Of a stretch of 64,000 nt of DNA, positions 36,074-50,519 are shown in pieces; position 1 is the first letter of the stretch; the number at the start of each line of letters is the position of its first letter. The notes beneath the pieces were generated by a model. That model saw only the letters and a list, made by a program, of their open reading frames with translations. It had not been told where the DNA came from and searched no databases. A program made the translations under genes and the position numbers. The stretch is from Fimicolochytrium jonesii (lineage: Eukaryota): contig NW_026515669.1 in assembly GCF_025526975.1 (NCBI RefSeq), forward strand, positions 186,001 through 250,000. The letters are read 5' to 3'.

Positions 36074-38021
36074 ATGCTTGCTGAACATCCCAAACTCGCT
36101 ACTGTCGGAAACGGCAAACGTCCTACTGAGGAGAACAATCCATTCGCCGGCGGTACAGACAACTGGGTATGTTCACTATGATCTTCCAGGGTAGACGAAC
36201 ATCGACTAATGATCAATGTCTATATCTAGACTGTGCCAGAAAGTGTAAAGAAACACCCATATTTCGTTGAAGTCGAGGGTTCCATGGTCGATGCCCTATA
36301 CAAATTGGACCAGAAGATGCGAGATAACAACGATCACCGTCTCATCACACACAAAAAGCCACATAGTATGTTCGGCGTCCAAGTCGAGGTATAGACAAAT
36401 CTGTGTCTTCTTGAGTCCGTGTTCACTTCACGTAATTAACCCTTGCGACCTCATCAGACCGGTCAAATTGGGCTCTATTCCTGGCGGGGCAGACCGGTAC
36501 GTTTGAGTTTCTCGACTTGTATCGTTCAAAGGCAGCTCCCTAATCCCAAATCTGTTTCATCAGATTGTCGCAATTCAACCCGGCAACTACTGGAATATGA
36601 GTCTCACGCACAAGGCCCACGGGACAAAAGACGTGACCGAGCCGTTTGACTTCATGGGTCTTACCATCGGCCAAGTCGGCCAATCTGGTGCCCTAGTCGT
36701 CGAGGACCCCGAAAACCGGGTGTTTGTGATCCGCAATGGCGGTTTCTGTGCCTTCGGAAGCCGCGGTCGATTCCATATCCTCGCCGTCGTCGACACTCTC
36801 GCTCTGGGCGACGCATGTGCCATCAAAGAATCCGATGGAAAGAGGATTCTCGGGTGGAAGCGGGAAGTGAAGCGGCAGAACATCACGGTTTGCACGTTCC
36901 TGAACATTCCGGCGAATAATGTTGCGATCGTGCAGCAAGGGAATAACATGCTGGAACTGGAAGCGGGTCAGCATGTGATCACGGACCCGAAAACGACATT
37001 TCGTGGATTCTACTCTTTGGGGGAGCGTCAGGTGCAACTCAAGACCGCTCCTGCTTACACAGTAAGTCTCGCCTTCTGATGCACTCCAGTGGATCATTTA
37101 TTGCATTTCTAACATGAGTTCCTGTCGTTTCAAAGGTTGAAGGAGTTCCCGTGGTTCTGAACGTCAATCTACGGTTCCGTGTGGCCCAACCTCTCCTCCT
37201 CACTAAGAACTACGATGACGCGTTCTTGGCCCTCGCAAATCCAGCACAAACGGCTGTTAACGCAGGTAAGAGCTGCTTCTTCGATTTCTCACTTGGGAGT
37301 ATCCATTCTGAACCTGTCCCTCCTCGTCACAGTCGTGAGCAGACTCAGCTATACGCAATTTATGAGAGCTAAGCGCATCGGCGGGGACGTGCCCGATACC
37401 GACGTGATCCCATGGCTCGATTCCTTCAAGAACGAGTGTCTCCATGAGCTGATTTCGCAAGCCGCATCCAACGGTGTGGCGGTAGAGTCCTTCGACGTGC
37501 TCGACCGCGAGCTTTCCGGGGCGCTAGGAAAAGACCTCGAGCACCAAGCCGAGATCGTGCTCAAGAACCAAATGGACGCCACCCAAGTCGAATTGCAAAA
37601 CTCGATCAAGATCCAAAAGCAATCCGGATTACTCGAAGTGGCACGCGTGCAGGCGGAGCAGACCAAGACAGATTCCGACGCGCAGTACTACGCTGCGACT
37701 CGTGTCACGGACGCGCAGATCTACGATCAACTGAAGAAGGCGAAGGCGGCTGCCGAATCTTCTCAGGTCCAGGCGGAACAGGAGGCGAAAAACATCGTTA
37801 CGATTGCTGAGGCCAAGGTCATCGAGATCGGCGCACTGTCGAGAGCCTATGGAGATGTCGCTCAAGATCACGCGAAGAGGATCCAGCTGGAGACGTTGGA
37901 GGTCGAGAAGCGTAAGGCGCTTCCCGCGAAAACCGTATACTTCGCCGGAAGTGACTCTTCCATAGCCAGCACCGTCGCGCAGGGGTTCGGTTTCCAGAGT
38001 GGAGCGAATTTGGACAAATGA
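36074..38021 (+). CDS. Band 7/SPFH-domain protein with C-terminal coiled coil (multi-exon)
   Basis: Motifs LNIPANNVAIVQQG..LEAGQH, AYTVEGVPVVLNVNLRFRV..P and GVAVESFDVLDR, followed by an A/E/Q-rich coiled coil. Confidence 0.75.
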
Positions 38022-38940
38022 GGAAGGGACATCACCTCACCACCTCATGCGCCCAGGGAGTCACGGCACCTCATGTACATAGTCGCGTAGTTGACCTCAT
38101 AGCTTGATTCCGTCCCCTTCCCGTTCCTTTTCCGCAATGAGAAGCCTGATACTAGCACTGCAACAAGTTTTGTCATCCCAATAGTAATATCAGTCAGCGA
38201 TCATCTAATAGAGAGATTTCAATAGCGGACTCGTTTGAAGACTCGTTTTTGATGCTGCTGATGGCAACGCGTTCGGTGCGAGCACTGTCAGTACGCAAGC
38301 AATGCGCGGTCATTTTCAAGCGTGTTCAACGAACGAGCTTGACGCGTGGCTCAAGAACGCTCGACGCCTTTGCCATGTGGGCGACTCCAATGAAAGTGAA
38401 AGGTTCATCAGTCTTCGACAGCAACGGCGACGGAGCCCGGGTACCGCCACCCCGGAGGCCGGTAGGAGAGAAAGGCGCTCGCTTCTCCGAGAATTCTCCC
38501 AAGTGGTCGCATATTACGGGGCGCTGGTTTTATGGCATTTGGCTGTCAAAACCAAAGCGCGAGTTTGCGGAAGTCCCGTGGGAAACATTCCTGTTACAAG
38601 CGAGGCCGCGAGGAAACCGAGAACAGCTTCCAAAGCGGAGAGCAGAACAAACCTTCCAAGTCTCCTCGACGACGATGGATCTGAGACTCCCCACCGAAAG
38701 TATCTCTTCTGCGCGTGTTGGCGGCAGCTCACCATCATTGCCATTTGGTGACAGTTTGGTGGCGAGCCAGAGATTTCAGGCGCCTCCACTCGTGGGACAT
38801 CGCTCAATGGGATTCCGCACAGTCGCAGATCCATTGATAGAATTTCCTTTTAATCCTCAATGAGACCGAACTGAAGATAAATGCCACATTCATAAGATAT
38901 ATTGAAACGTGTCAGTAGACTCTTACGCCAAGGCGGGCAT

Positions 38941-40683
38941 CTATAGCTCGTCCTTCGCGCGCTTGCTCTCTCCCTCCAACAACGGCAACTTCCCATACTT
39001 GAAGAATCTACCCTGTGCCGCCGAAACCTCCTTCAAGAAGGTGTTGATCCCATCCTTGTCAAACGGTCCCGTCATAATCCGATAAGCCTTCTTATTGTCG
39101 TTCACGACCACAAGCCCAGGCAACGAATCGGAAACCTGCAGATCTTGCATGATGACGCGTCCGCGCTCGGCGGTGTTGAACCATACGTATCGGAAACCGG
39201 GGTGCTGTTTCGCGGCGGCTTGGAGCAGGTCGAGGTTTTCCTTGTGGGCTTTCACGCTTTCTTCAAAGTCGGGTTCGAGGATGAAGAATGCGAGGACGGT
39301 GAAGCCGGGCTTGGAAACGATGTTGTCAAGATCGGCCTGTGCTTTGACTTCGACGACTTCTGAGATGTTCATTTCCGGATCCGTTGGTTGGTCAGCGTGT
39401 CCCGAAACACCCTTCCACGGTCCATCGTATAGTGCCACGGTTATACGCACCTGCTGCTTCCGTCTTGGCCGCTGGCTTCTTCGAGCTCTCTTGCGAGCTT
39501 TCCTTTTTGGCAGCTTGTGGGGCGTAAAGATCCAGGAATTCAACCAGAGACGCGTGCTTCATAGGTCCTAAAGGCGCCAGGAATGAGGCGAGAGGCTTGG
39601 CGGAAGACTGCTGTCTGTTGAGGACATACCAGTGTATCGAACAGGAGTGTCTCCAGCTTTGGGAAACACGACCACGGAGGGAAAGTCGGTAATGTTAAGC
39701 TTGGTGAGTGTATCCTGTTCCGTGGACTTGACTTCCCCAAAGACCATGCGATTGTGGTATTCGGCTGACAGGGCTTTGAAAAGTGGTGGCGTGGAAGCCT
39801 TCTTCGATGCCAATACCACACGTGGGAGCTCCGTCTGTTGATTGTCAACAGATCCGCGTGGAATCAGTATGTGCTCATCTGAACCTCGGATATGAGGCCG
39901 ATACCGTACCGGTTTGTGAACGAAATCATCGTAAGTTACAGCCCGCTTCCCACCTCCACCAATCTGCAGGACATTGTTCGAAATCTTGGCGACGATGGCA
40001 TCAACCAGACCCTTGGCCGTTCGGGGCCCGTTGTAGTCTATGTGAAGCGATAAGGATGGCCTTCGAGAAATCCCATTTGATCAGAGGCAAACTCACCTTG
40101 AGGGAGGCCCTTCTTTCCCCCGGGAAACAGCTTAATCGTTGGGAAGCCTACGATTCATCAGGGAAGATAGACTTTGTTCGTCACACACTGTCTAGCACGC
40201 GCAGCGTATAATTCGGGATATCACCTTGCACTCCAAACTGGCCGCATAAAGGCTTATTCTGGTCAGTGTCACAGTCAACAGCGACCACCTTAGCGAGACC
40301 CTTCAGCTTCTCCGCAGCCTTCTTGTATTCCGGTGCAAGGTTCTTGCCTGAATTAAAAAAAAAAAGGAGGATTAGCTCCCGAGTGCCCTGCACGCTCGTT
40401 TGAAGACCAAGATCATGCTCACAGTGTCCACACCAAGGCGCGTAAAACTCAGCCAGAACCGCATGCTATACGTTTTCGAAAGTGTCAGAACAGCGGAAAT
40501 GCTCGAAACTGTAACAAACGAAAAATAAGGACGCAGACATACTTGGGTGTCCAAAACTTCTTCTTTGAAGTTCTTGGGAGTAATCTGGATAACGGGGCTC
40601 TTGGACGAGTAGAGACTGACAGCACCTGGCAAGATACTTGCGAAAACGGCCGCCTTCAACAGGACGGCGATAAGACTCTTCAT
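38941..40683 (-). CDS. ER protein disulfide isomerase (PDIA6/MPD1-like, one CGHC site), multi-exon
   Basis: Signal peptide [36 protein letters not shown] (split by an intron), VAVDCD, GFPTIK and C-terminal KDEL. Confidence 0.9.
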
Positions 40684-40934
40684 TTTGGCAACAGGGCGGT
40701 ATAGACCGTGTAAGTTAAGAGGGACGGTTGTCCAAGGTGATGTTGAGGTCGAAGGCAAAGCAGAAGGCAAAGAGCCGTGACTTCCGTGACGTGGACAGCT
40801 TGCAAAAAGTTGCAAAAGGCTTGCCGCTAACCCTAACTCAGAGCGAAGTTTGGCCCCTCAACTCACCCGCAACTCCTTTTCTTGCAGCCGGCCACAGAAG
40901 CTCTCTCATAGCGTCCGTCGGCACAACTCACAAT

Positions 40935-43900
40935 ATGTCGTCCTCGTTCTCAAATTGGCAGGTTTGTGGGGCTTCTTTGAAGTGTGTATTTCATGGCCCT
41001 GTCTCTCGGGCGTCCTCTCATTTCATTGCAGTCCTTTGAAGATGAGGAAGATGAGGACGAAGAGGAAACCCTGGAAAAGCAGGTACTTTGAATGTGATCG
41101 GGTGGGATTCCATCACCACCCTTTTGATAATGGACCCCTTCACAGGATACAGGGGCCCAAAAAGACAATGTCATCTTCGCGGTGGACGTATGTGTTTGTG
41201 CAGTGCTCAGACAACCGCGTGGGAAAGTTGCTGACCTCGGTTTCCCAGTGTACGAGACCGATGCACGAGCCCGATGAAAACGGAGTGAGCCACTTTCAAG
41301 GCGCGCTCATTTGTGCCGCAAAGTTCTTGCAGAATAAGATCATCCAAGCGGAGTCGGATAGGCTGGGAATTGTATTCTTCGGAACGGTGAGACAACGACA
41401 CCGATGGGAAAAGTGAAAGGACGGCGAATGCCAAGCTTCTGCTCGTTGCCCTATACAGGAGGAATCGCAAAACGAGCAAGGATTTGAGCACATCTATGTT
41501 CAGTACGACCTGGATACGCCAGATGTCGATCGGATTTTGGAGCTCGAGAAGATACAGAAGGGTGAGGAGCGTGGATGCCTCTGCTGAGCATTCGCTTTGT
41601 GCTGAAGCGAGTGTTCCGCAGGAGGAGCCAAATCCCTTGGCAGCAACGACGATTACTCCCTGGCAGAAGTCTTTTGGACCTGCTCGAACATGTTCTCTGC
41701 CAAGTAATGTGATTGTCATCCTTTCCCTCGAATTGAATGATCCGTGGTTGACCCTCATGTGCAGAGGAGACAAGAATAGCATCAAGCGAATCTTTCTGAT
41801 AACTTCAAACGATGATCCACATCGAGGCAACTCTGTATTGCAACGGAACGCTCGCGTCCGCGCGCAGGTAGGGTTCCATGTCAGTTGGGAAGACGTTCCA
41901 AAGTTGACACTGAACCCTTGCGAATCAGGATCTACAAGATATCGGCATTACCATCACATTGTTTCCCGTCGAGCGGGATGAGAAACATCCTTTCAATTAT
42001 GAGGCATTCTACCAGGTTCGATCCTCCCCATTGGGGGTCCGGGGGCAAGATTCCGGATGTCAAAATTGCTGACCTGGTGCGATTGTGGCGTCTAGGATTT
42101 ACCCGGAATATCTGGGAATGAAGAAGACGAGTATGCCGCGCCGGTGGCGGCATCACGGGGTTACGAAGAGCTTCAAAAGAAAATCAGGAGAAGGGAAGTG
42201 AAGAAGAGGACGGCATATCGAATCCCTTTCCATTTGTCTGAGGGAGTTAGCATTGGCATCAAGGGGTCTGTAGCTTGGTCTTACTTCGAGAATCCGCCTC
42301 CCGCCGGGCTACTTACAGAAATGAGGATAGGTATAACCTGGTGATGGAGGCCAAAAAGGGCAACTACACGTATCTGGAACGCAAAACAAACGTCGAGGCT
42401 CGGACGGAGACCAGCTGGCAATGTTCGGTAAGATTCTGACCTCTCGCATATGTATATGACGTACCGCAAATCTCACCCCTTCGCTGGAATAGGCCACGCA
42501 AGAGTTCCTCCTACCTGCTGACATGAAGTCCTCATGGGTGTATGGTGGTGAGCACATTGTGTTCACCAAGGATGAGGTGGCAACGATTAAGTATATGTTT
42601 GAGCCTGGTAAGATCTGGCGTTGCATTTAGAAAGGATTCCGAAGGTCTATCCACTGAATCGTCCTGCGATCGCAAAAGGTCTGGTCTTACTGGGGTTCAA
42701 AGACAGGGCCGCCTTAAAGGACAAGTACAACATCCGCCCAGCTACATTCATCCAACCCGATGAAGGGGTAAGAACTCGTTTGGAGGCGGAGTGACTTCCA
42801 AACGGATACCGCTTAATGGCCTTTCGTCCAAAGGAATACACCGGCAGCTCTTCGGTCTTCGCACATCTTCTTCACCGATTGGCCGCACGCAACAAAATTG
42901 CTATTGGCCGTCTCACCGCCCGAAGAAACACAGGGCCTAGGATTGTGGCGCTGCTTCCCGAGGTACCTTCCCCCGAAAAAATCGTCATGCGCGGCATTGG
43001 TGCTAACACATCCTTGTGATAGGTGGGATACATCAAGCGCAATGGAGACGAGGTCCCTTCAGGCTTTCACGTCATCTACATGCCTTTCAACGATGATATC
43101 CGTCATGTGCCACGCTCGAATGCGCGTGTTGGTATGTCCCGGTTCAAAAAAAAAGGCGTTGCGCGGGGATGCGGACCGTTGACTTTGCCTTCACTTTCCA
43201 GAAACGGAAAACCGCAAGCTGGTTGTCCCAATCCTCGAGCGATTGAAGATCGGCAACTTCGTACGTAAAATGATCGCACTTTCTGGGTCGACGGTCTGGT
43301 TCTGACCATTTCAACACATCATTCTAGAAAACATCGGACTACGAGAACCCAGTTCTGCAAAAACATTACGCGAACTTGCAAGCGCTCGCTTTGATGAAGG
43401 ATTATGCGGAGGAGATTGACGGTGAGGGGCGACCCTACTGATTCGCGGTTGTGATAGGAGACTGACACAAATTGCTGGATTTGTGCCTAGATAAAACGCT
43501 GCCGAAGACGGAAGTAATACATCAACGTGTGGGCGCCGATATGGAGACGCTCAAAATGGTACCGCATTTGCCCGGGGACGATCATTTCTGACCTGTTGGG
43601 TTACGAGCTGGCGGCTACTAAATCGTACGCACGTAGATTCTCCTACAAGATCTCCCGGACATGCCTGCGACGACCACGAAGAAGCGCTCAGCACCAGCGA
43701 GCCGTGCGGCCGATGGCGCGGCACCCAAAAGGGCGCGGGGTGATGCAGATCTTAGTGAAGCGACATTTCGCGCAAAGGCACAGGAGGGGAAGGTAAGGTT
43801 ATTTGCCCTGGGGTCCGAGCATAAAGACTCTTCACATCTGGGAGCACTGACTAAACTTTCTGCACCCTCCAGCTGACGAGCTATACAGTCGCCCAACTAA

Positions 43901-43986
43901 CAGAGTTCTTACAAAGCAGGGACGTGAAACCCGCGAAAAAGAAAGCGGACCTCATTGCGCAGATTGAACAGAGTCTAGGCGTATGA
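40935..43986 (+). CDS. KU70: Ku70 DNA end-binding protein (19 exons, 18 introns)
   Basis: Spliced product NVIFAVDC, DRLGIVFFGT, KRIFLITSNDDP, GLVLLGFK, FIQPDE, GFHVIYMPFNDDIR, YENPVLQKHY and a C-terminal SAP domain (TVAQLTEFL...KKADLI). Confidence 0.95.
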
Positions 43987-44331
43987 TCGGCGTGGTATGC
44001 ATAGCTAGTCAAGCTATGCGTTTATGAGGCCTGGAAACCCTATAGTCTACGTAATGCTATATACATATGCTTGGAGGTGAATGTACATATGCACTGCTCA
44101 AGAATTGTCCATGCTGCTATTGGGACAGAAATAGGTCAAATCTGTAATCACCATCAAAAGCTTCAAAACATGACGAATCGGTCTCGATTAATTGTTCGTG
44201 TCGCTCACATCAAGATGAATAGGATCGGATCAACACGTAACCCCGCTTCAAGTAACTGACGACACAATTGATCCAGTGCGTGCGTTTCCGGCTGAGATGA
44301 TTTTTATCGCTCTTCCGTCTCCAGTGACCGC

Positions 44332-44986
44332 TCAGTGCCCGCAATCCCGTCTTGCTGCAGTGCCCGCAATCCCGTCTTGCTGCTTACTCGTCTTCCGCTG
44401 TATCGCGTCTATATGCTCCTTCCAATCCCCACTCTCTATCCTCTTGAAGTACTGCGGGTCCAGGGGTCTATTCCACCGGTAGTAGTAAACCTGTATTTCT
44501 TCTCCTTCCTTCTCCTGAGGGGTCTCTAGTGATGATAGCTTTGCGGCTGCTGCTAATGGTACCGGTGGCGACGTTAATGTGACTTTTCCCTCTGCACGGA
44601 TGTACATGTTGGAGTTTGACGAGGGTCCGTGGTAACTCTCAAGCTCGTCCAGTCGCATCAGGATGGATGTATAGTGTTCTGTGAAAGGGATTATTAGTGT
44701 TAGCTCTTGTTCTATTCTCTGCCGAGTGATCTCTCGCGACCAAACGCGCACCTTCAGCAAAGTACATCACTTCACCCCGCACCTCCGCCGCCTCCGCCTC
44801 CTCCCCTCCCCCCGCCTCGACGATGACCGGATACCAGTCGTTGAGGGAATACATATCGTGTCGTTTGAGGATCGCGCCTCGCACATGGGTGACTTTGTCG
44901 GCTAACGAGAAGAGGGCGTGATTGGGGAGGCCGGTGAGGAGGGTGCCGTACACAAAAAGCGGATGGAGTGCGGTTGGGGAGGGCAT
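44332..44986 (-). CDS. Gamma-glutamylcyclotransferase / AIG2-like protein (intron 44679-44751)
   Basis: Motifs LFVYGTL..G.PNH, YPVI, VRGEV, LDELE..Y.R and IESGDW. Confidence 0.88.
44333..44382. repeat. Perfect 25-bp tandem duplication
   Basis: CAGTGCCCGCAATCCCGTCTTGCTG occurs at 44333-44357 and 44358-44382. Confidence 0.95.
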
Positions 44987-45200
44987 TGGGGTAGAGATTA
45001 GCGATCCTGCGGCTTGGGTTCTTTGAGGAGTGTGGTTCGTTGATGCTGATGCGAGTGATGAGAGGATGGGACTTCAATACCGTGGAATCCTGGGAAAAGT
45101 TTTGGGTGAAAGGTTTTGGCGGAGGTGCCGTCAATTTGCGTAGCGGCACGCTGTCCAAAAGCGCATTTCGCCAACAAAGCCTACGGTGCGAAGAACCTTA

Positions 45201-45402
45201 CAGTGGGCTGCCAGATATCAGGTTACGACGGGTTGTTGAGCCTCCCTGTGCAACCCAGAAGTCACCGGCCAGCTGTCAGTCCTGCCCTGGGCTAGCGGTC
45301 GTGCTGAAAGCATTTGCATGGGGGTCGGCAACTTGAGCCGGTGGCTATGCTCGGAATGATGTGTCCTTGGGGCGTCGTAACCTGATATCTGGCAGCCTAC
45401 TG
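45201..45402. mobile_element. Non-autonomous TIR element (MITE), Tc1/mariner-type ends, TA target-site duplication
   Basis: 30-bp TIRs at 45201-45230 and 45373-45402 (29/30 match) begin CAGT. TA flanks both sides (45199-45200, 45403-45404). No transposase ORF. Confidence 0.9.
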
Positions 45403-45476
45403 TATGTCCCTCCAATGGACGGAAGACGCTTTCGTCTTTTTTTCCTTCCGAGAACCCGAAACCGCAGATGAACTGA

Positions 45477-45771
45477 CTCCGACCGAACAGCCGTGGGGAC
45501 GGGTTGTACCGCGGTGGGGATGAGTGTGTACGGGAAGTGGAGTTTAAGGAAGAGGTGGAGGTGTCGATGTTGAGTGAACGGAGGGTGTTTGCGCCGTATG
45601 GGATGGAAGGGGGTGGGGTGGGACGGGATTAATACGTTGGTGGGAAAGGATGGGAGAACGGTGAATTTTGGGGGCAAGAATGCGACCACGGTTAGGAAGG
45701 GGGATCAGGTGAGAATCGAGACCCGGGGGGGTAGTGGGTGGGGGAGGAAGGTTGAGGATGTCAAGGCGTAG
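45477..45771 (+). pseudogene. C-terminal remnant of ATP-dependent 5-oxoprolinase (OXP1/OPLAH family)
   Basis: LRPNSRGDGLYRGGDECVREVEF...SMLSERRVFAPYGMEGG, a frameshift near 45625, then GINTLVGKDGRTVNFGGKN...GDQVRIETRGGSGWG. An in-frame TGA precedes it and no upstream exons were found. Confidence 0.85.
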
Positions 45772-45976
45772 GACATACGTATTCCATTCTCATTTCGCAA
45801 GTGAACCAAATCCTTTCACTTAGATATTTTCTCTATCATCACCCGGTTCTGTACATCTGTAGCCCACTCGCTGTCTCTTTACAACCAAAAAGGCAGTAAT
45901 CTCTAATGCGTATGTTACAAACGGCTCCCAACTGTATTGGCACATGGGGACATGTACATTCTTCTATATCGGAATC

Positions 45977-47599
<1,623 letters not shown>

Positions 47600-47922
47600 T
47601 TTGAAAGACTTGGAAGTGTTGGCTGAGCGTGGACAAGTGCTCTCTGTTTGACGAGGATGTAATACGGTAGTTGCAGAAAAACGATAGGTGGAAAACAGAT
47701 GAAGCCCAACGCGTCCGGTTGTCACTTTCGAGGGGGAAGACGCGCTCGGCAAAAGAAAATACAATAAATAGATCCTAAAATAAATCCACCCTTGCCCATC
47801 CCTCGTCCCCCCTCTGTACGACTGAGGACAGGCACGAAATCGAAGGGGAAGACCGTGGGAACCAGCTTCGATATCGTCCACCCAATTCTTTTGACGAATA
47901 GCAGGGAGGACGACAATTGCAG

Positions 47923-50519
47923 ATGGCGTTCGTATCGGAGCGACTGGAGGCTCAGCTTCGCGCACTCAACGGAGTCTTCCACTTGGACGCAGACCACGAT
48001 GATCTAAGCGACGCATTCCGCACTTTGTTCGGGTCAGCCGGCGCGGAAGTGGCGGCGAGCGTCGAGTATGCAGTGGACAGCACCAGAGGAGTGGAGGAGA
48101 CGCAGGAGGCATGGCCTGAACCCATCCGACTGCTCTGGCATGCGTTGCTTTCGCAACCGCTCGTTCCCACGGTCGGACGACACGCAGACGCTGGCGACCA
48201 AGGGGAAGACGGTCTGCCAACATTACAGCAAATCGAACGGCTGTTCTCTCAAGTGCACAAGGGTGTCTATGGAAGAGAGTTACGGAGAGATTCAGGAGGA
48301 AAATCAGGACTGACGGGCGAGTCTGCTGTCCTTCCCCAGGGACATTATCCGCTTGCAGAGTTGGCGTTCCTCTCCAAGATAGCGGCGGTACTGCAGGCGA
48401 CGTTGTTGCAGCGTCTGCTGGTGTCATCCACGAGATGGCCGCCAGACATCGCGTACTGGCAAGATCAGCAAATGTCCACCAGCAAAACCATCTACTACAT
48501 TCTGTCGATGCTTCCTCAACAGATCTCTCGCTATTTGCATCTCCTGTATGAATACACTCGCGCAACCACCCATTCGTCAATCCGTCCCCAGTTCCTCTTG
48601 TTCTCCGATCGTCTGAATGCAAAGCTTCGTCGAAACTTTTTCGAAAGGGCCGCCCTTCTTCCAACGACGCTCACAACAACGGCTTTCTTGGGACTACCTG
48701 GTCGATTGCTAGCACTGACGCGTCGACCACTGTTGCTGGATCTCGCAAGGAGAGAGATCAGGTTCAAGGCAGAAAAGCTGGAGAGGATCCGGGAGACCCA
48801 AGCCGCATGTCTGGGTTTGCTGGCCGAGGAGGATTTCAGCAACGAGCAGCGTCTTAACATCTTGACCAAATCGCTGGCCGGCGGCCTTAGCCGAGAGCAG
48901 GCCATGTTGGAAGCCGCGGAGCGCATTCAAGCTGAGTTGTCTCGGTCGCTCCTCCTCATGGAAGCTATTGTATATCGGATGCATGCCATGGCAGACAATC
49001 TGTCGTCGGATGGGGAGTTAGCTTTGGCCGATGTCTCCGATCTACGAGGTACGTATACTTCATTTACTTCAATGATAGCCCAATCTCCATGGCCGACCTT
49101 CATTCTCACGCCCCGATCTCACCTCCCTCCCAGCCCGCGTCGCAGACATATCAACCATACCCATCCCTCAACTCTACCGCCGCACAACCGCTGTCATATC
49201 TGCTATCCAAACACTCGACTCCGTCTTCGACCGTCTTCGCCGAACTTACGGTCGCCCCTCCCACGCAACCCGTTACTGGCTCCCCACCGTCGTCATTTCA
49301 GTGGCCGCGTACGTCGGTGGAAAGACACTAGCCGTCAGGTGGGACGACGTGGTGGCGTGGGCTACGGATGCGAGGGAGACTGCGAAGAGCTTTTGCGTAG
49401 AGTGGATCGCGAAGCCTTTGGATAATATATATAAGACGGTTAGGCATAAGGAAGCGAGGCTTGCTATTAGCTCGGGGGATTCGTTGAATGCGGATTTGCA
49501 GGTGAGTTGTGGATGAGATTGTCGCTTGGCGTATTCCACAATGGTTGAGAGGGTGCACGGCGTTTGGGACCTGATCGGCGTAATGCGGTTCATTAGTCCC
49601 TCGAGAAAATGGTGGTGGAGTACGCTCGAGACCATGGCATATTAGACCCTTCTGAGATTCAGCGGGTAGCCGATCAAGCACAGAAAGGCGATCTCTCTGT
49701 TGTTCTGCAGGCGTATGCCGAGGAGATAAAATCCCCGATCAAGAATGCGATTTCAGGTATCTATTCCCGGCTGCACATACGGAAAGGGTCTCTACTCAGA
49801 ATAGTTCCTAATCGCCCGTGCGCTTCTGCCTCCTTCTCCCAGGCGACCTAATCCGCGCCCTCCTAATTCAAGTCCAAAAAGCCAAAGTAGACGGCGAGCT
49901 GGCGATCGACGCCCTCGACAAACTGCTCCGCTCCAACGAACTCAATTTCGCGTTCCTGGCAGTCACTCCCTCGTTGTTTTTGACCTGGCTCCTGTTTTCG
50001 AAATTGGGAACGCTGCTGGGCGCGGGGAAGGAGAAGAAAAGGAGGAAGACTTATGAGTATATCCGGGCTAGCTTGAGGTTCGGCCTCTTGCGTTCGATGT
50101 TTTATTGTCACGGACTCTAACTGACACTGTGATTTCGACGAATAACCAGAAACGTCGACAGACTCCTCGCCCAAAGCATTCCCCCCATCTCCTTCCCTCC
50201 CGACTCCACACACCACACGCCCACAACGCCCGTCCCCTACAAATCCCACGGCCTCCTCCTATGCGAGCTCTACCTGCTCCGCAAATACGCACCCCGCGTC
50301 ACGCGCCGCGAAGGGTTCCGACAGCGGTTTGTGGAGGATTTGCGGGATTTGGAGAGCGGTGGCAGTTTTACTCTGGTTGAAAGAAGAGAGGATGGGGATG
50401 GGGATGAGGGTGGGCAGGAGGAGGAGGGCAGGAGGAGGGAGGTGCAGACGAATGTTGCGGGGAAGATGTTGATTGTGCAGAGAATGTGGAGGACTTATCC
50501 TTTTGTTAGGGGGGAGTGA
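47923..50519 (+). CDS. NCA2: Nuclear control of ATPase protein 2 (Nca2/DGS1 family), multi-exon
   Basis: Motifs PSPATRYWLP, WIAKPLDNIYKTVRH, SLEKMVVEY, YAEEIKSPIKNAISGDLIRALLIQVQKAKVD and LLRSNELNF. Confidence 0.88.

Noticed and set aside
40340..40450. Selenocysteine or an altered redox motif in the PDI
   Set aside because: Splicing restores an ordinary WCGHCK; there is no in-frame TGA.
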